Made by a program: the position numbers and the translations under genes. A DNA stretch of 64,000 nt from Mobula birostris. Lineage: Eukaryota. Numbering within the stretch: position 1 is the first letter of the stretch; every line of letters begins with the position of its first letter. Under the pieces are notes generated by a model that ran no database searches, was not told where the DNA came from, and saw nothing but the letters and a program-made list of their open reading frames with translations. Shown here in pieces: positions 12,898-26,889 of the stretch. The stretch covers positions 128,491,035 through 128,555,034 of the forward strand of contig NC_092375.1 in assembly GCF_030028105.1 (NCBI RefSeq), given 5' to 3'.

Positions 12898-15800
12898 ACT
12901 TAAGAAATTGTTGTTGCTTAAAATTGCTCGTCTTTGGGAGTCTGTGTAACCATGGAACGATGTGTGAGCTATGAAAGTCACCAGAAAGCAAACTTATTTG
13001 CAGCTAAGAGATAAAAAAAACAGCCTTTGTAGTAATGTAGTCCATAAGACAGCATGGAAGAGCACAAACTGGATGGAAGGAAGGAAGCTGAAATATTATC
13101 TATATTTCATTTACTAAAAGGTGCTGTCTGATCTTCTCAAGCAGACTGAACTAGTGGAGGAACAAGAAACTGCAGGATCTGGGAGCCTGGAGCAACAAAA
13201 CAATCAAGAAGACTGAGGGTCGAGCAGCATCTGTGGGTGGGTGGGGGTGGTTGAAGCTCTGCATCGGAGCTGATGGCAAAGTGGGGAGATAAGTGGTTAC
13301 AGATTCTTAACTGGATATAATTGGCACTGCAAAAAGAAAAGTTTTGGCCATTCTAAACCGAGTTATATTACCACTTGCAGGATGCGCAATTCAAACTTCA
13401 AGACCTTTTAATGCCACTAAAACCTGGGTGAACTCAGCTCTGATTATCTCAAAAGGGTAACAGCCAAGATCCCTCAATTACTTTGCATATGCCAGTAACC
13501 ATAAGCAGGAACCACCCTGGACACAGCGCACATGACTGTCCCAACTCTGGTGATATAGTAGCCAAGATCGGGATTTACATACATCTCCTTTCTGTGTACA
13601 CTATTAAAGATAATTAAAATGCACCTAGTCTACTGAATGGCAGCATCTTTGTTGACAATGTTTTCTATCTCAAGGGAGTTAATTAAGTGTTTTATTACAT
13701 AACACTATTATTATTCAATGCCTGATACATTATACTCTGAACATAATTCTGGGGGGGCAGGGGAAGAGGAAGGTGCAAGGTGGGAAAGAATACAAACCAT
13801 ATTGCATGGATGGCAAGTTTTCAAACACCAGGGATCATACTACATTATGGTCACACAAGCCACTGACACCGTTGTGTGTTGACAAAAGGTAGCTAATTAC
13901 CTCCCCAGTGGGGCTCACTTAAGGGTTGCTCTCCATTATTTCAAAACAATTTATATAGCCGTGTGGTTTAAAGAAAAATTAGGCAGGCTCTCAGCTCGAA
14001 TACAAGGACTTGATTCCACAGCACCTTTCAGACATTAAATCTCTGCAACCCAGTTTGTGCTTTCTTTTATGAATATAGCAGGAAATCTGAACATATTACC
14101 CAAGGAACCTCCAACCATTCAGTCTTTCACCACTGTGCTTGGATTTGCAGATCAAGCCACCCTGCCTTAGTCTTCACACCAGCATTCCGATCGCTGACCT
14201 TCGGACTCAGAAGTGATTGCTACAACCTGACCTGATACACAGAACAAGCAAGCAAAATTCACCAGTGCAGAGACAACCACAAAACAGCAGATTGACTGTG
14301 TCAAGTAGTCACAGAGAATTTCCAAAGTTTGGAAAGAAGGCTTGGAAGTTTTCAGACAAACTTTCCGAAAAAGCTTGAGATTTTTCCCCCGGGGTAGAAA
14401 TGGTTAATACAAAGGGCATCACTTTAAGGTGATTGGAGAACAGTATGGGGGAGGGGGTGTCAGGGGCAAGACTTTTTTTTCATTTTTAAAACAGTGGTTA
14501 GGTGCGCAGAATGCAACACTCTGCCAGGGGTGGTGGTAGAAGCAGATACATTAGGGTATTTAAGAAACTCTTAGATAGGCACATGGATGATTAAAAATAA
14601 AACAAAGCTACGTAGAAGGGAAGGGTTAGATTGAGTTTAGAATTAAGGTTGGCACAACATCGTGGGCTGAAGGGTCAGTAGTGCTCTATCATGTTCTAAG
14701 TTATATTAAATAACATGATAAGCATGACCGATGTGAAATAGAAGATTCTGCCCACATGTGTAGGAATAGATAAATGACTAAATTACTCAATTTTCCCCAC
14801 TGCTCTTGTCCCAACTTATCAGAACCCCATCTTCATTTTATTCTCCTTACCTCCTCTATCAAAAGTGCAACTGATTCATGGTCTTGGCTCTACTGTAGCC
14901 TCATCCCCAGGAGACATTCTTCAAGTATTGGCCTGGACAATAAATAATCACAAGGTTACTTGACTGTAAAAGCCCAACTGAGAAGAACTAGCATTTTTTT
15001 TCCCTAAAAGAACCTGCAACACTCATGAAAGCTGAGCAGCAGAGAGGTCATTCAGGAAGCAACTGGAATGATTTTGTTCAGATGGCTAGGGATATTCAAA
15101 TTTACTCCAGTGCCCACTGTAATGAAATTTTTAAAAATTTGTTGTGTGTTATTTTCTGATTCCGCAGCAAGTACCCACAATCAAAGGAGGTAACGTACAC
15201 GTGTCAAAGGTTGAGCTATGTAAAGAATAAGTAAACCCATTAATAAAGTAGAAAAAAGAGACAAAATAATATCAATCAAACATTAAGTTATGCCACACAA
15301 TACACTGGAGGAAACCGTACGTGCCCCACAGATTTTCCTCTCTTTCGCACAAAGAAATCGCCCTTCTTTACAGCCTTGAAGGCTATTTACCGTAATACTT
15401 TCCCACAGGACAGTACTAGGCGCTATCTGCACCTGGAGAACCATCTTCCCCTTCCCAGGTTAACATGTTTCTCAGCATTATCAACCCTCAGGGCTGAAGA
15501 CCGCTATTCACACCATGTTCTCACAATGTGGTTGTGGAGTGGTTATTTCTCAAAACACACTCACAGTATAGGCAGAAACCATTTTGTCTTACAGACTTCC
15601 ATTTTGGGTTACTCATTTTAGCATATGCCAAGAAGGAATTCAACTTAACTCTTCCCTTATACCCACTTAGATAAGATCACCTTCAAAGTTTGCCAGATTT
15701 GAAACCCCGTAGTTTTAATACTTCTCCAAGTTGTTATTGTACAAATACTGAGCTATGGAAGGAAATATATTAAAGCTCTCTCAAAGATTGATTTGGAGGC

Positions 15801-16522
15801 AGTGGCAAGGCTGACAAACATAGCCTAGTTTTCATAAATTGCCAGTTTAAGACATACCACTCAACCACCTTGACACAGGTCAAGAACTGAATCTAGTTAT
15901 TTAAGCCTAGAGGAATCTCGGTAAGACTGCTATTAACAAAAAAAAAAATAGGAACAACCCTCCTATCTAACTGTTATGCAAGGAAGCACATTGATTAAAA
16001 CCTGACAACATACATCTGTATAGCTGTAAATGTCCAGATCAGTTCCATGGGCATGTCAACAATTAATTTTTTTAAAATTGCACCCAATGAACAAGGGAGT
16101 CAATTTTATAGAATAGCACAGAGGAGAGAGAAGCGGAGAGGCGGAATAGATTTCAGAGGAGATTGTGTATCTTTGAGGCCTAGGTCTCTTAAGTCACTGC
16201 TACCAGTAGTGCAGTGAAGAATATCAGGTTACAAATTATACCTGAAGCAGAGACTGCAAGGGGTTGTGGGGCCTCAGGTTACAGTGATAGGAAAAGGCAA
16301 GATCATTGAGTGATCTGGAGACAGCCCAGACATTTTTAAACTTTGATCTGCTGCTAGACTGGAATCACATGAACAATATGTAAAGGTCATTTGAAAGAAC
16401 TGACAGGCAATGGGGCAAAGATGGTAGAGAACAGACAATGTTCTACCCCTTGGGAGCTGAAGTGACAACCTTGTTTTTTTGATCTTGTTTACATACAAAG
16501 GCTGGGATCACTGAGCACTTAC

Positions 16523-16578
16523 CACACGTTCCATGCCCCAATACCCAGTTTTGAAATTTGAGTATCTGTATTTCCAAC
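16523..16578 (-). other. Candidate 56-nt exon of unidentified gene
   Basis: Acceptor GTTTATGTGTGTAG, donor GTG|GTAAGT. Confidence 0.35.
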
Positions 16579-18169
16579 CTACACACATAAACAATTGATG
16601 AATAAAATATTCTAAACCCACACCACATAATAGACAAAGGGAATGCTGACAACATAAACATTCTAATATGGCACCATGCATCATCAAGAATCATATAGTG
16701 TGTATAGGGTTTATTCAGTATCATTATACAGATATTCAATTAGTTATGTTTTCAATCCCCCCTCCACCCCTTTGAGCCCCTTCCCCCTTTTTCAATAAGT
16801 TCTTTAAAAAAATTAAATTACAATTTAATCTGCCTTGCCACCTCTTTGGGACGCTGCAGACTACATCAGTATTGTACACTAGAATTAGAGTATTTTGCTA
16901 TTTACTCTACATCTGACTGACGACTTTGACAGTGGAAGTGATTTCTAACTAAATATAATTTTAATCTATTATTTACTTAATTACATTATTTCATCCAAAG
17001 CATCTCTAACTACACAATAGTCTTTCATTATTGCTTTTGGATTATCCAAGTCTCTCTGCCCTTGAAGCAGGATAATTCTGAATTAATATGTCAGACAGAT
17101 ACAGGGGAGGTATTGAACAGTGACGTGCAATTCACTGTCTGTTAGTGGAAACAAAAACCAGAACTTTCAAAGGGGAGTTGGGTAGGCTTTATGGTGGGAA
17201 AATGATTTGCAGGGCTATGGGGAAAAAGTCAGAGACGTTGGCTCATTTTTTTCTCCACAAAGATTACATGCGTTGCATGGGCTCCTTTACTAGTGCAATG
17301 ACTCTCAATCATTAAAAAAGGATATATTCTCATTTTTAAACTACAAAATGAAAGTGTGCGATCCAGTTTCATTCCTAGTGAAAGCTCTGCTGCATCCTCT
17401 TGCACACTTCTTAAAGTAATGGATCTCAAAAGGATGCATTTCTGGGCATGATCACTTAAGTAGCCCATACACAATATGAACGTGAAGAAAACTGAATCCA
17501 GGAGTAGGACATGTTTTTGACTCTGAACGTCAGTAAGATGAGCTCATCTTGAATTCTGAAGTGACCAAACAGATTCTTTCACCAAACAAGTCAATCCAAC
17601 AAGCTGAAATGCAAACAGCTCTGGCATCAACATAAACATTTGTGGCCAACTATGTCCTGTAGACAGCACATGTTATCAATACACAAGCACAATGGTTGAG
17701 TGAGTTATAAATCAAAAGAATTTCAATATCCATTGAGAACTCATTAGAGATTACAGTCATAATGGAAGACCCAATATTTTCCAACTTTAATATTTCTCAT
17801 CTCAGTGATATATTGCATAGAATCTGAAAGGTGGTGAAAAAAACATGCAGATGCTGAAAATCTGAAACAATAACATAAAATGCTTGAAATATTTGGGTAA
17901 GCATCTGCTTTGTAGAAAGACATTGAGTTAATATTTGTTTTCTCTCCTCATAGTTCAGACCAGGAATTTCTAGCTTTCATTATTATTGCTTGGCATTTGT
18001 GGGATCTTCTACACAAATTGGTTACTACATTTGTTACCAAAGTACTCCATTGGCTATGAAACTATGAAACCACTTGAAGCTCACAAGAGGCGCTATATAA
18101 ATGAGTATCCCTCAATCCTTGAAAACTGCAGCAGTAGTAACACACTTAAAAATTTATGTAAACAATGTG

Positions 18170-18299
18170 AACAACAGAAATTCTGCAGATGCTGGAAATT
18201 CAAGCAACACACATCAAGGTTGCTGGTGAACGCAGCAGGCCAGGCAGCATCTCTAGGAAGAGGTACAGTCGACGTTTCAGGCCGAGATCCTTCATCGGG
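18170..18299 (-). mobile_element. Short Penelope-end-derived insertion (single arm, mutated hammerhead)
   Basis: Family consensus tctgcagatgctggaaattcaagcaacacac...; TSD acaatgtg at 18162 and 18300; core reads CCGATGA instead of CTGATGA. Confidence 0.75.
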
Positions 18300-19429
18300 A
18301 CAATGTGCTTCAGTATCAGGTTACAAGTGAGATGAACGCAATTCACTGCCTTTATAAAATGGCGAATAGTACAGGGGCTACTCGACAATAACATATATTC
18401 TGAAACATTATAATCCACTGTTGCTCAGCTAGCTGAGTTTGAACAGGAGTTTTACATTAATAATAAGCTTTCATGATACAGTGAAATTACCAACAGATAA
18501 CACAACAATCATCAGTAGACTGCTGCAATTGTCTGCATGGTTTTCGAGCCAAGAGATTAAAACGCATTCACATTTGACAATCAACTTGGGTGGGAGCAAT
18601 TCTAATGCACGGCCTCGACAGTGCAAAACTCCAGGAGCTGCCAGTAGAACCCCGCTACCTTTGCAAAATTACATATAGAATGACAATTTGCCACGGCAGT
18701 TTTAAAGATTCTAGTGTCACAAACTATTCAGAAAATTAGCTTCTATCAATAAAGCACTCCTCTCCAAAGACGATAAACAGAATCATTTCAAAAGGCAGTC
18801 ATTTGTAATGGGCCTAAACCTACACTAGTTACACTCCCATCCGAAAGTGAGAAACTACAGCTTGGAAGGACTGAATTACCTGCTTCGAGTTTACCAAGTT
18901 AGTAATATAAAATGTGTTCATCTACAGGCCGTGAAGGCGGGGAGAAGGACGGTTGTGGCATTTTTACCATGTGCATTTTTTTGACAAATGTACTTCACCT
19001 GCTTTTATTTTGACTTTATTCAGAACCTGTTATGATTGCCTTCAGAAAATATACACGTGTATAAGGAGTACGTGATGCAACTCTTGCTCACCGCCAGTAA
19101 CGCTCTTCCAGCAAACCCAGCTAGCACTGACAGTTGTATGTTTTATAAACGGATTTGGAATTACGTAGAGTGCGGGAGGAGGTGGCGGGGTGGGGGTGGG
19201 GGATGAAAATTAAGTTTCTAATGTGCAGGTGAAGATCTTCAAACTAAATTCAGTCTTTGATAGGGCGAATGCATATTTAGGTGGGACCCCAGTACATTCA
19301 TTTCCTTTACAGTGTTCACGGAAGCCCCTCACCATTAAAAATAACAAACTCTTGACAAGCTGCCCTCCCCCGGGAGAAACTGACACCATGCAAGTTGTAA
19401 CATTAAAGCAATATTGGAAACTACCAGCA

Positions 19430-19900
19430 AGCGAGCTGGAAATCCTATTCGGCCTTCGCTCAAGTCTTGCAATCAATTCCCACACACCCTGCCCCCGGGT
19501 TTAAACTGAGCCCCCCTCTCTCTCTGCCTCCCCCTCCCCTTACCGTGCATTTCGAGCGCGCTGAATGTGCTTCCACCCTTACGGTCAGAGTTCAGCCTCG
19601 GCCCCCACTACTTCCTGGCCACCTTTAAAGGGGCTGGGCTGCATTTCTGGCCGCCGACGCCAAAGCTCGGCCGCGCCCACCGTTAAAGGGATCGCCGAGC
19701 AGCGTCTTCCGTCGCCTCTGAGGGGAGGAAATTGAATCCTTCAGATGAGAGGGAGGGCCGTCGAAACGAAAAGAAAGAAGGTGTTGATGGAAGGAAGGAC
19801 AGCGAACGCTGCGAGCGCCCAGGCCAGTATGCAACTATGGAGAGTGCCCCGGTTCTTAGAGCTGAACACTTTCGGAGTCTCCATGGGGTAATTGTTAAAA
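19430..19900 (-). promoter_or_regulatory. CpG-rich promoter / first exon of an unidentified minus-strand gene
   Basis: Local CpG/GC enrichment in unique sequence; minus-strand donors CACG|GTAAGG (exon end 19544) and GACC|GTAAGG (19583). Confidence 0.55.
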
Positions 19901-20629
19901 AAGTGGTTCCCCCTGGGAATGTTCAAACTCCATATCAAAGCATGCAAGCCGGTTTGGAAAACCTGGGGCTCTACTCTCAGCCCGCTAGAAGTCCAAACAG
20001 TGGGGGGAGTAAGTGGAAATACGAAGCGAGCACCGCAGTTAACTCACACCCCTTGTTCTTTCAGTCTCACTACTGCAGAGTACTAACACACCTAAACACT
20101 ATTCTTTCAAAACAGAATTATTACTTTTGTTCTTTGGTACAGCACGCTTGTAACTGTCAAACGCATGACGTTTGGTGTTGGATAATTGTGAAAGAATAAA
20201 AACGTTTATTTTTAAATACTGATACTGATCCTTCTAAAGAATATGTAAGATTGGAGCATCAGAACAATACGAATTATCTAATATATTAGGTTTATATTAT
20301 TGGCTGTATTTCAATTCTTGTTCTGGGTAGCAAAGTAATTCCTCATTTCGGAGGCTAATAGTCTACCCAGTTTAAACCTAGGTGCTTGACTTTTTAAAAA
20401 AAAAATTGAATTCTCAAAATTAAAGAATAGTTTATGATTATTGAAGAATAACTGACAAAACACTGGGACCATCAACCCTACTTTCCCATTGTCAAAAAGC
20501 AAATGGAACATTTTATGGTACTTTTAAACGCAAACAACAGGAATTCTGCAGATGCTGGAAATTCAAGCAACACACATCAAAGTTGCTGGAGAACACAGCA
20601 GGCCAGGCAGCATCTGTAGGAAGAGGTGC

Positions 20630-20665
20630 AGTCGACGTTTCAGGCTGAGACCCTTCGTCAGGACT
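20630..20665 (-). ncRNA. Minimal type I hammerhead ribozyme motif
   Basis: AGTC-CTGACGA-AGG(GTCTCAG)CCT-GAAA-CGTC-GACT on the minus strand. Confidence 0.75.
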
Positions 20666-20705
20666 AACTGAACTTTCAAGTCCCTTACTCACTCTTCCTT
20701 CAGTT

Positions 20706-20741
20706 AGTCCTGACGAAGGGTCTCAGCCTGAAACGTCGACT
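20706..20741 (+). ncRNA. Minimal type I hammerhead ribozyme motif
   Basis: AGTC-CTGACGA-AGG(GTCTCAG)CCT-GAAA-CGTC-GACT on the plus strand. Confidence 0.75.
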
Positions 20742-21029
20742 GCACCTCTTCCTACAGATGCTGCCTGGCCTGCTGCGTTCTCCAGCAACTTTGATGTGTG
20801 TTGCTTGCTTGATTTTATGGTACTGATGGAGTTTGCCAACTGCTCTCATTAATAGCAAGACTACTTTTTCTATCACTGTCTTGACAAGAACAGTCAACCA
20901 ACATCATTATTTCATATTCAATAGGTTCCCTGCCATCATTATTTCACGGATAACCGTATTTCCTTTATAAACAAAAAGGCTTGGCAGAAGATTGCCGGAG
21001 TTGGTAAAATTACATTTTCCTCAGAAGAT

Positions 21030-22260
21030 AAGACCATAAGACATAGGAGCAGAAAATGGACATTCAATCTACCCAGTTTACTCCGCAATTCTATCAAGGC
21101 TGATTTATTATCCCCATCAACCAAATTCTCCTGTCTTCTCCCGTAACATTCGTAACTAATCAGGAACCTTTCAAACTCTATAACCATACCTAATGATTTG
21201 GCCTCCACAACTGTCCGTAGCGATGAATTGTAAAGATTCACCACCCTCTGCTAAAGAAATTCCTCCTCATCTCAATTCTAAAGGGGTGTCCTTCAATAGT
21301 GAAGCTGTGTGTTGCCACCATTACTATTATCTGGTCTTAGACTCCCCCACTATAGGAAGCATCCTCACCACATCCACTTTTTGGAGTTCTCTCAATATTC
21401 AATGGGCTTCAATGAAATACCCCTTTCAGTCTTCTAAACTCCAGTGAGTACAGACCCAGAGTTATTAATTCTCCTGATATATTAACCATTTCATTCCCAG
21501 GATCATTCTCATGAACTTTCTCTGGATCCTCTCGAATGCCAGCACATCCTTTCTTTGATAAGGAGCCCTAAACTGCTCACCATATTCCAAGTACGGTCTG
21601 ACCAATGCCTTATAAAGCCCCAGCATTACATCCTTGCTTTTCTATTCTAGTCCTCTTGAAATAAATGCACTTGTCTTCCTTAATACTGACTCAATCTGCA
21701 AATTAACCTTTTCGGAATCCTGCGCTAGGATTCCCAAACACGAGGAAATCTGCAGATGCTGGAATTTCAAGCAACACACATCAAAGTTGCTGGTGAACGC
21801 AGCAGGCCAGGCAGCATCTCTAGGAAGAGGTACAGTCCTGAAGTCCTGATTCCCAAGTTCCTTTGTATCTCTGATTTCTGAATTTTCTCCCCATTTAGAA
21901 AATAATCTGTCTTAATTCCTTCTACCAAAGTACATGACCATAATGTTCCTACACTGTATTCCATAAGCCACTTTTTTTGCCCATTCTCCTAATCTGTCCA
22001 AGTCCTGCAGATTCCCTCGCCCTCAACACTACTTGACCCTTCACCTATCTTCGTATCATCTGCACAAAGCTATCAATTCTGTCATCCAGATCATTGACAT
22101 ATAATATGAAATGAAGCGATCCCAATGCTGACCTCTATGGCACATCTCTGGTCACCAGCAGACAACCAGAAAAGGCCTCCTTCGTCCCACTCTTTGCTTC
22201 CTGCTAGTTAGCCAATCTTCCATCCATGCAAGTATCTTTACTGTAATACCATGGGGTCTT
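21030..22260 (-). mobile_element. CR1 LINE 3' fragment
   Basis: accataagacataggagcag 3' tail; peptide DYFLNGEKIQKSEIQRNLG. Confidence 0.7.
21738..21847. mobile_element. Short Penelope-end-derived insertion inside CR1
   Basis: Family consensus; 9-bp TSD gattcccaa at 21729 and 21848. Confidence 0.75.
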
Positions 22261-22320
22261 GTACCGGTGCAATTCTACACTGCTATCATAGAGTGCATCC
22301 TCACATCAACCATTACTATT

Positions 22321-22383
22321 GTACCTCTTCCTATGGATGCTGCCTGGCCTGCTGCGTTCACCAGCATTTTTTTGTGTGTGTTG
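22321..22383. mobile_element. Short Penelope-end-derived insertion
   Basis: Reverse arm of family consensus; 14-bp TSD caaccattactatt at 22307 and 22384. Confidence 0.75.
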
Positions 22384-22561
22384 CAACCATTACTATTATC
22401 TGGTCTGGTGCAGCATCCTTTCACAATATACAAAAACTATAGGAAAACTGTTACAGCAGCAGAAAAGGTCATTGACTGCAGGACTTGGAAAGTGTCCAGC
22501 ACAAAGAAGTGGGAGGAAAAATCATTGTAGACATCACCCACCCAGCAAACAACCTTTTGCA

Positions 22562-22699
22562 CAACGCAAACATGAGGAAATCTGCAGATGCTGGAATTTC
22601 AAGCGACACACACGAAGGGTCTCGGCCCGAAACATTAACTGAACCTCTTCCTAGAGATGCTGCCTGCTCTGCTGCGTTCACCAGCAACTTTTATGTGTG
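22562..22699. mobile_element. Short fold-back Penelope-end-derived insertion with partial hammerhead
   Basis: Forward arm joined to reverse arm containing acgaagggtctcggcccgaaac; 11-bp TSD aaccttttgca at 22551 and 22700. Confidence 0.75.
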
Positions 22700-24327
22700 A
22701 ACCTTTTGCATAAGCTCCCTTTTGGAGAGCGCTATAGGGCTATTACAATGAAAACTCTTTGCTACTTTAAAAGTTTCTTCCACCAGGTAGTTAAATCTGT
22801 TCAACCATTCTAGTTAGCCCCCACCCCCCTCTGTCTATTACATCAGTCACTGCACTGCAAACACTTTAAACCACTTATTATAAAGTTACTTACATTATAA
22901 ATACATGCTAGTATTTAATTATTTATGCATGTTTTATTTCATATCTATACCTCTATTTTTATATAGTTTTCTTTATTCTTCATAATTGTTGAACATTGTT
23001 AACCTTGTTGCATGTCGCACCAACGCACCACAGCAAATTCCTAATACATCTAACTTTATATGATGAATAAAGTTAATCCTTGACAAATCTTCACAAAACA
23101 TTCACAAGAAAATCATGAACGTAAATTGTACAAAAAAAGAATCACAATTATAACAAAGAAAAACAAAGCCCATTGTAGTGCAAACTATTATAATGTTGTT
23201 ACACTGATTATGGTTTTGCAAGTTGGTTCAAGAACCATCAGGTCAAAAGTTAGTAGCAAAATGCTATTATTAACAAAGTTGCCATAGATCTTGGACGTAA
23301 TCCCAAGGTCCATTCACCCTCAGCTCCTATAATATAAAATATAAAAATGGCAGTTCTGAAGATGCAACTCATTTGAACTGGGAGTGTAATTCCAGTTTAT
23401 GTACTTAGATTTGTGGAATATATCTTGACTTTATATATAAAACAGCATTATAACTAACAAATCTGAAAGAGGTTCAACAAATTGCGAAGTTTTGTGCATG
23501 TTCAAAATCAATTTTCAATGAATTTGGTAGAAAATGGCCAAAATTGCTGAGGTAGAATTTGATCAACGATACTGAAAGCTCCCTAAAAATTTTCTCTTGA
23601 TTAGTTCTGGCTTTTAGGTAGAACAGCTCCATAAATTATTCAAACATTAAAAATATTTGCATATTGCCTCAATGTATGCACTTTAGAATGTATTATGCTA
23701 CCTAAAGATTATCTTGCTCTTTATTGTCCAATTTGCAGGTTTATTTCCTTAAGGCAAATAGTCATTGAGTGGTTGCTTAACTTATGGATATAACATAGTC
23801 ATCAGCCACTTATTTTTATTCTGATTCCACAAGTAGAATGTTATTGAAAAATGTCTTTAATTCATCGTTTTTACAGCCATAGCATTTTGGAGGTAAAAGA
23901 TTTCAGAAGAAATTGGAGATGGGATTGAATATTAGCACAGAATAATTGCATTGAGTGAAGTGATAAGAATTACCAGTAGTCTACCTATAATGAAGGTCAG
24001 AGATCTGATGAAATTTCTTTAAATGACCCATTGCTCTTTCCTCAAAAGGGAGTGTACCATTAAGGAAAGCAAAAAACTTAGAAATCATTAATAATCAACT
24101 TCCCCATTCCAAATCTTAACAACATTTTTCTTCTGGAATACCATAACCATGCAAGGCTGATCATGTTCACCAGTTCATTTCCTCCCAGTTCAAATGTGGA
24201 TTCAAAAGCACATACTGGCATTCTTTTAAGAGGAGAAAACAATGGATCATTTACATCTGAGATACTTATTTCCCAATGTTATCAAGCTTGTATGAACTAG
24301 ATCACTGGTAACCCAACACTCACTCCT

Positions 24328-24480
24328 TTGAGATTCTGCAGATGCTGGGAATCCAGAGTAACAAAATGCTGGAGGAATTCAGCTGGTCAGGCAGGATAAA
24401 CATTTTGGGCTGATGAAGGGTCTTGGCCCAAAACAGTGACTGTTTATTCCTCTTCATAGATGCTGCCTGATTCTGTGTTG
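24328..24480. mobile_element. Older fold-back Penelope-end element with decayed hammerhead
   Basis: gagattctgcagatgctgg... joined to CTGATGAAGGGTCTTGGCCC-AAAAC (GAAA mutated). Related old copies at 1-120, ~10435-10555 and ~11705-11750. Confidence 0.6.
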
Positions 24481-26889
24481 ACATTCAATTTCATCACTAA
24501 TTAATCTTCATGGTTTATAATAATAAAGTATTTTCAAAACACCACTTTCTTCCCATTAAGCTGCATTTACAGATGGTTGCACGTGATCTGAAATATCTAA
24601 AACACAAATTAAATGCTAGGGGCAGGTAGCATTGAAAACCATCATATTTTTAATCAATTCAATGTTGGATTTTGGAATCACTACCAAGGTTATCATTTAT
24701 TAACTATCGCTAATTGTCATTGAAAAGTGGTGAACCTCCTTCCTGAACCAATGCAATCCTTCCCACAAAGGTACTTTAATACTTTTGTTGAGGTCCATGA
24801 TGTAGACTTGGGACATAACTGAAGGAGTGAGAAGATATTCCCAAGTCAGAATAATGTATAACATGGAGGGGTTAATGCAATTGATACTCCAAATCACCTA
24901 ACCTCGCATGCTTGGTGGTCTTTGTTCCATCTGGTAGTCGTCACCTAGCCATGAAATTGCAGTGCATTTTGTAGATAGCGCACAGCAACTACTACGTGCC
25001 AGTAGCAAAGGGAATAAATGTGTAGGTTACTGAATGGGGTACCGGCAGTTTTGTCCTGAATGTTGAATTTCATGTTGTGGGAGCAGATCACAACGAATGA
25101 GGTGGAGTGTATTCCATCACAAGACTTTTGCCTTGTAGTTGGCAGAAAAGCTTTGAGATGGGGCAGGTTATTTTACACAGGATATTCAACCACAGTATAT
25201 GTGACTGGTCCAATTTATTAATTTATTTAGTTATTCAGAGGCACAGTGTTTATTCCACGCGCTAACCACTATGCCACCGGGGTGTTGAATCTCTATGCAG
25301 TGGTAACCTTCAGCATGTTGATGGTATGGTCTCCTTTTAGTGATTCCATTATTCTGTTACAAGTAGCACTCTTGTTGCAGGTTGTCATTTACACCAAAGC
25401 CCAACACAGAACATTACTACTTGTAAGTATGTCTATTTCCCTTGAACAGCATATCGATTTGAACATCCCAAACTTTGGTTTTATGAAAGGAAGGTAATTG
25501 ATAGAAACATCTGTAGTTAGGCATCCTTTAAAAACATTCTCCTGCTATCTTCCTGTAACCTTTGACAGCCTTATTAATCAAGAACCTACCTACCTCCACT
25601 TTGAATATACCCAGTGACTCAGCCTCGACTCCCATCAGTTGCAATGAATTCCACAGATTACCACTCTCTGGCCAAAGAAATTCTTCCTCATATGTTCTTA
25701 AGGAACGTCCCTGTATTCTGAGACTCTGCCCTCTGATCCCAGACTCTCACTATTGGAAACATCCTCTCAACATCCATGACCTGGCCCTTAAAATATTTGT
25801 TAGGTTTAGGTAAGATCCATCCCTTTCTTCTAAACTCCAGCATATACAGGTTCAGAGCCAAATGCTCCTTACACATCTTCAAATGTGAGCCTAGAATAGT
25901 CAGCAGTTGAAACTACTACAGAAGCTGTAGGTCTCAACTGCTTCAATCTCTTCATACAACCTACTAGCTCTGGAAAGGAATGTCACACTTGGCATACGAA
26001 TGTGAATGGATATGAGTTGAATTATGAATGGAATTTTATTGCCTCCAACCACATCTTTTGCCAGAAAATAGAACCTAGGGAAGAGCAAAAGAAAAATTGC
26101 ATAGGAGTATCTGGGTGAGGTCCTTAATGAGCACTTTACATCAGTACTTATCAAGGACGAGGATGGTAGGGAGATCAGTACCAAACTATTAATATGCGAG
26201 GGCATTTCAAGGTAAAGGAGAAGGTAGTGTCAGGTCTTCTAAAGAGCGTTAAGGTGGATAAGTCCTCAGAACTTGATGGGATGCAGCACAGGTTATTGAG
26301 ATGAGATTGATGGATTCTTGACCAATATCTTTTGAGTCCTCTCTAGCCTCAGGCAAGTAGCTAATGTTCCACTATTCGAGAAGGGAACATAAGGACATAA
26401 GAAATAGGAGCAGGAGTTGGTCATCTGGCCCATTGAGCCCGCTCTGCCATTCAATGGCTGATCTGACAAATGGACTGAGGCAGGGATAATCCTGGAAACT
26501 ATAGACCAGCGAGTGCCAGTAAATTACTAGAGAGAACTCTTAGGGATTGGATTTATGAGCATTTGGAAAACCATGGCCTAATTAAGGAGAGCCAGCTTTG
26601 TGCAGGGAAGTTACATCTTACTAACTTGATTGAGTGTTTTGACGAAGGTGATTGATGAAGGTAGAGCTGTGGACGTTGCTTATATACATTCAGTAGGGCA
26701 TTTGACAAGGTCCTTCATCCAGAAGTTTAAGATGCATGGGATCCATGGTGAATTATCCATTTAGATTCAGAATTGGCTTGCCCCAAAATATAAGAGGGTA
26801 GTGCTCAAAGGAACTGATTCTAGCTGGAAGTCTGTGATTAGTGGTGTTCCACAGGGATCTGTAGTGGGACCTCTGCTGTTTGTGATGTA

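Larger units (their letters stand above)
20523..20811. mobile_element. Fold-back Penelope-end element with a hammerhead in each arm
   Basis: 109-bp inverted arms 20564-20672 and 20699-20807 (1 mismatch); 13-bp direct repeat attttatggtact at 20510 and 20812. Confidence 0.85.
22260..23080 (+). mobile_element. Rex1/Babar-like LINE 3' fragment carrying two short insertions
   Basis: Peptide QFYTAIIECILTSTIT..W; 3' UTR ending aataaa. Confidence 0.6.
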
